64,000 nt of DNA from Azolla caroliniana (Eukaryota > Plantae > Polypodiophyta). Below the pieces are notes generated by a model. The model was not told the origin of the DNA. It saw only the letters and a list, made by a program, of their open reading frames with translations, and did not search any database. Of the stretch, positions 61,490 through 64,000 are shown piece after piece. The position numbers and the translations under genes were made by a program. Numbering within the stretch: position 1 is the stretch's first letter; each line of letters opens with the position of its first letter. Location: contig JBHGNT010000013.1 in assembly GCA_043228905.1 (NCBI GenBank), positions 10,540,001-10,604,000 on the forward strand. The letters are read 5' to 3'.

Positions 61490-63060
61490 TAACAAATACA
61501 AGATATAAACATTCACGTAAATATTTATATACAATCACAAGATACTCAAACATATATATATATATATCTGCATTATTAAATTTATACCCACATGAATGAA
61601 CACATGTAATTACCTTGCATATTGACACATCTATAAACATTTACATAATGTAACTTATGTGTATATATAAATACTCACACATTTACACATAAACTAAAAC
61701 CTATTAAAACACATACACCTTAGATACATATACATATACTCAAGTGCGCACATACACAAGCACACATTTTCATTTTTTTCATAAATATATTCCTTGCATA
61801 TCTTTCAAGCACACCTACATAAATATTTATATTCATAATCACATACTTACATATGTATATTATTACACACACAAACTCACACACATATCCACCATTAAAT
61901 GAATATATATACAAATATAATTGAAATTACTCTTAACACTTGCTCATCCTCATACCACACGAATTATTAAGAAGTAAAGTACTTTTGAGGATCAATCGAT
62001 AACTTGAACCCTTCCTATCCTCCTTGGTTCAAGTCCTCGGTGATCCCGCTCACATTTCACATGCATGCATGTATTTTTGCGACACCATGCAGAGCATCGA
62101 GCTCCATTGCATCCCCTAACTATGTGGGGCAATCACCTTCATAATTTGAGAGCTCGTACCTGATCGTCGATGGTTGAAAGCTAATAATGAGCACTCGGTT
62201 GTTACCCAACTTCCATACCTAAAGGGCGAGCATTCAACCTCTTTAGTTGTCAAGCACTCAATCATGCTTAATCATGACAGAGTGTTCAAGCTCCTTACTC
62301 TTGAGCATACGAAGGCTCCTAACCCTTGACTGGAGGTTTGGGCAAGCTCCCAAACTTGGAGGGTTCACATTTGAACTTTGAGGATTACAAAACTCTTGTG
62401 GTTTCCTCAACCTTTCAACCCTCATGGTTGAAGTTTTGGCCCCCAAACTTCGAGTGTTCACAGAATTTGACTTTCCTTTTGCACAAAATACATCCATATA
62501 TACCCAAGCTTTCCCTATGTGTATGCATTTACACATTTCCATCCATTCACTTGCTTATATTTATACATAAAAGAAAGAAAAATTGCATCCCCCCATACAC
62601 ATCAACATACCTAAACAAATTCATACCCACACTCCTACACACTAACATATATATAATATTTAGATGTCAAACATAACATACCTACATATAGAATAATACT
62701 TATACATACATACACATCTATGTACATTGATATACACATCTAAACGTATACATATTTGCATACACATTCATGTGCACATACATACACAACATTCATCAAC
62801 TTCCAAACTCATATACATATACACATTCAAATACATAGATACACATACACATAACCACATGCTTAAACTAGCAGATATATACATCTATGCACATACAATT
62901 CACGTACTTCTATACACTAGTACATGCACACATATAGATAAATAAATATATAAGCACACTTACACGTTGATACGGAGATAAACCCAAATATGAACACACA
63001 CACACACACACACAAGTAACAGGCATAAATGTACACAAGTTTGGATACCAATAAACACCT
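61490..63060 (+). repeat. CA/TA-rich low-complexity region
   Basis: Extended ACATAT/ACAC tracts; the ORFs here are compositionally spurious. Confidence 0.6.
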
Positions 63061-64000
63061 ACCCATACCAAATTACTAAATTGGCATTAGTACCACATAA
63101 GACCAAAATTTAAGACGAATATTGCAATTGACAATTCGATCATCAAACCCATCTTCCCTAATTTTGGTCCTCAATGGTCATGCACACATTTTAGAAGCAC
63201 ATGCATAACTTCATGAAAATGTAGCCAAAACCCACCCACAAGAAGTAAATCTACTTACCATACCAACTTACTTTAGCTTCGTAGTATTTTCATTGGATGG
63301 AATGGCTATAACAACTTAATTGGAACTCTTCGATCACATAATATACATGATTATGAATTACAATGATAACTTTCTATTAGCAACAACATGTTAATGATGC
63401 TATTGTCCTTGGTACAATTGTGTGCTTTTCCGATGGCTTTTTCTTACTCTATTCAACTTTGGTAATATATTTTTTCGTCGCCTACTCAATGGTCACTATA
63501 ATCCATAATTAATCAAAATGTGCACAAAATGGATGTGATGTTTTATCCTAGATGGAAGCGCAAAGGGCCATATGCCCATCAATACTAAGGGAACTACGTT
63601 TGTAAAACTCATTAAAATAATATTGTTTTGAAAAGTATCCCAATCCCCATCCCCATCCCCATCCCCTACCTCTTCCTTGATCAAACAAGAAGTGGGAAAT
63701 AAAGCAGAATTGATGTTTCAATGAATACCACAATCTTAGAAGAAAAAAAGAATAACATTAATCCTTAAAAACAATATTGATGCATTTGACATAATCCACA
63801 TGCAAAAGACAAAAATGGATGCATGAAATCTTATCTACAATGATCAATCTTGCTTTCCTTTTTTTCTTTCTAATGTTTATGACAAGGATGTTTCTGGCTA
63901 ATCATTTTATCTTATCTTGGCCTTATGTTCCTCTTTCTCTTGCTTCAAGGACACACTTTTCTTTTTGGTATACAAGCTTGCAAGCTACTACATGCATAAG

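Noticed and set aside
62015-62050. tRNA or SINE (B-box-like GGTTCAAGTCC)
   Set aside because: No convincing A-box, cloverleaf, tail or TSD seen.
59900-64000. Short ORFs as host genes
   Set aside because: Low-complexity AT/CA-rich sequence with no recognisable domain.

Overview
This window is eukaryotic, almost certainly plant, and a non-seed plant such as a moss is my inference. It is a pile of nested transposable elements with no ordinary intact host gene. From 1 to 21 kb it holds a decayed Ty1/copia, a fold-back pair of copia 5' halves around an assembly gap, a very young self-priming chromoviral Ty3/gypsy and a 5'-truncated LINE. The main discovery appears once the nesting is unpicked: a Sola-like DDD DNA transposon at 22532-45907 (imperfect TIRs, 4-bp TSD ATGG, ~9 kb net). 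It carries a divergently oriented cargo gene for a ParB/Srx-like domain fused to a beta-class amino (N6A/N4C) DNA methyltransferase, plus an array of ~9 spaced palindromes. It inserted into an older homologous ParB-MTase gene, whose reading frame is restored at the reconstructed empty site. Both MTase copies are pseudogenes here. Nested inside are a 10.9-kb Sola2-like element (open spliced transposase, RING + FCP1-like cargo gene, satellite-filled introns), a hAT remnant and a MULE MITE. The right end holds solo LTRs, a hAT MITE, copia debris, a deleted relative of the Sola-like element and low-complexity DNA. Family assignments come from motif recognition by eye, not database searches.
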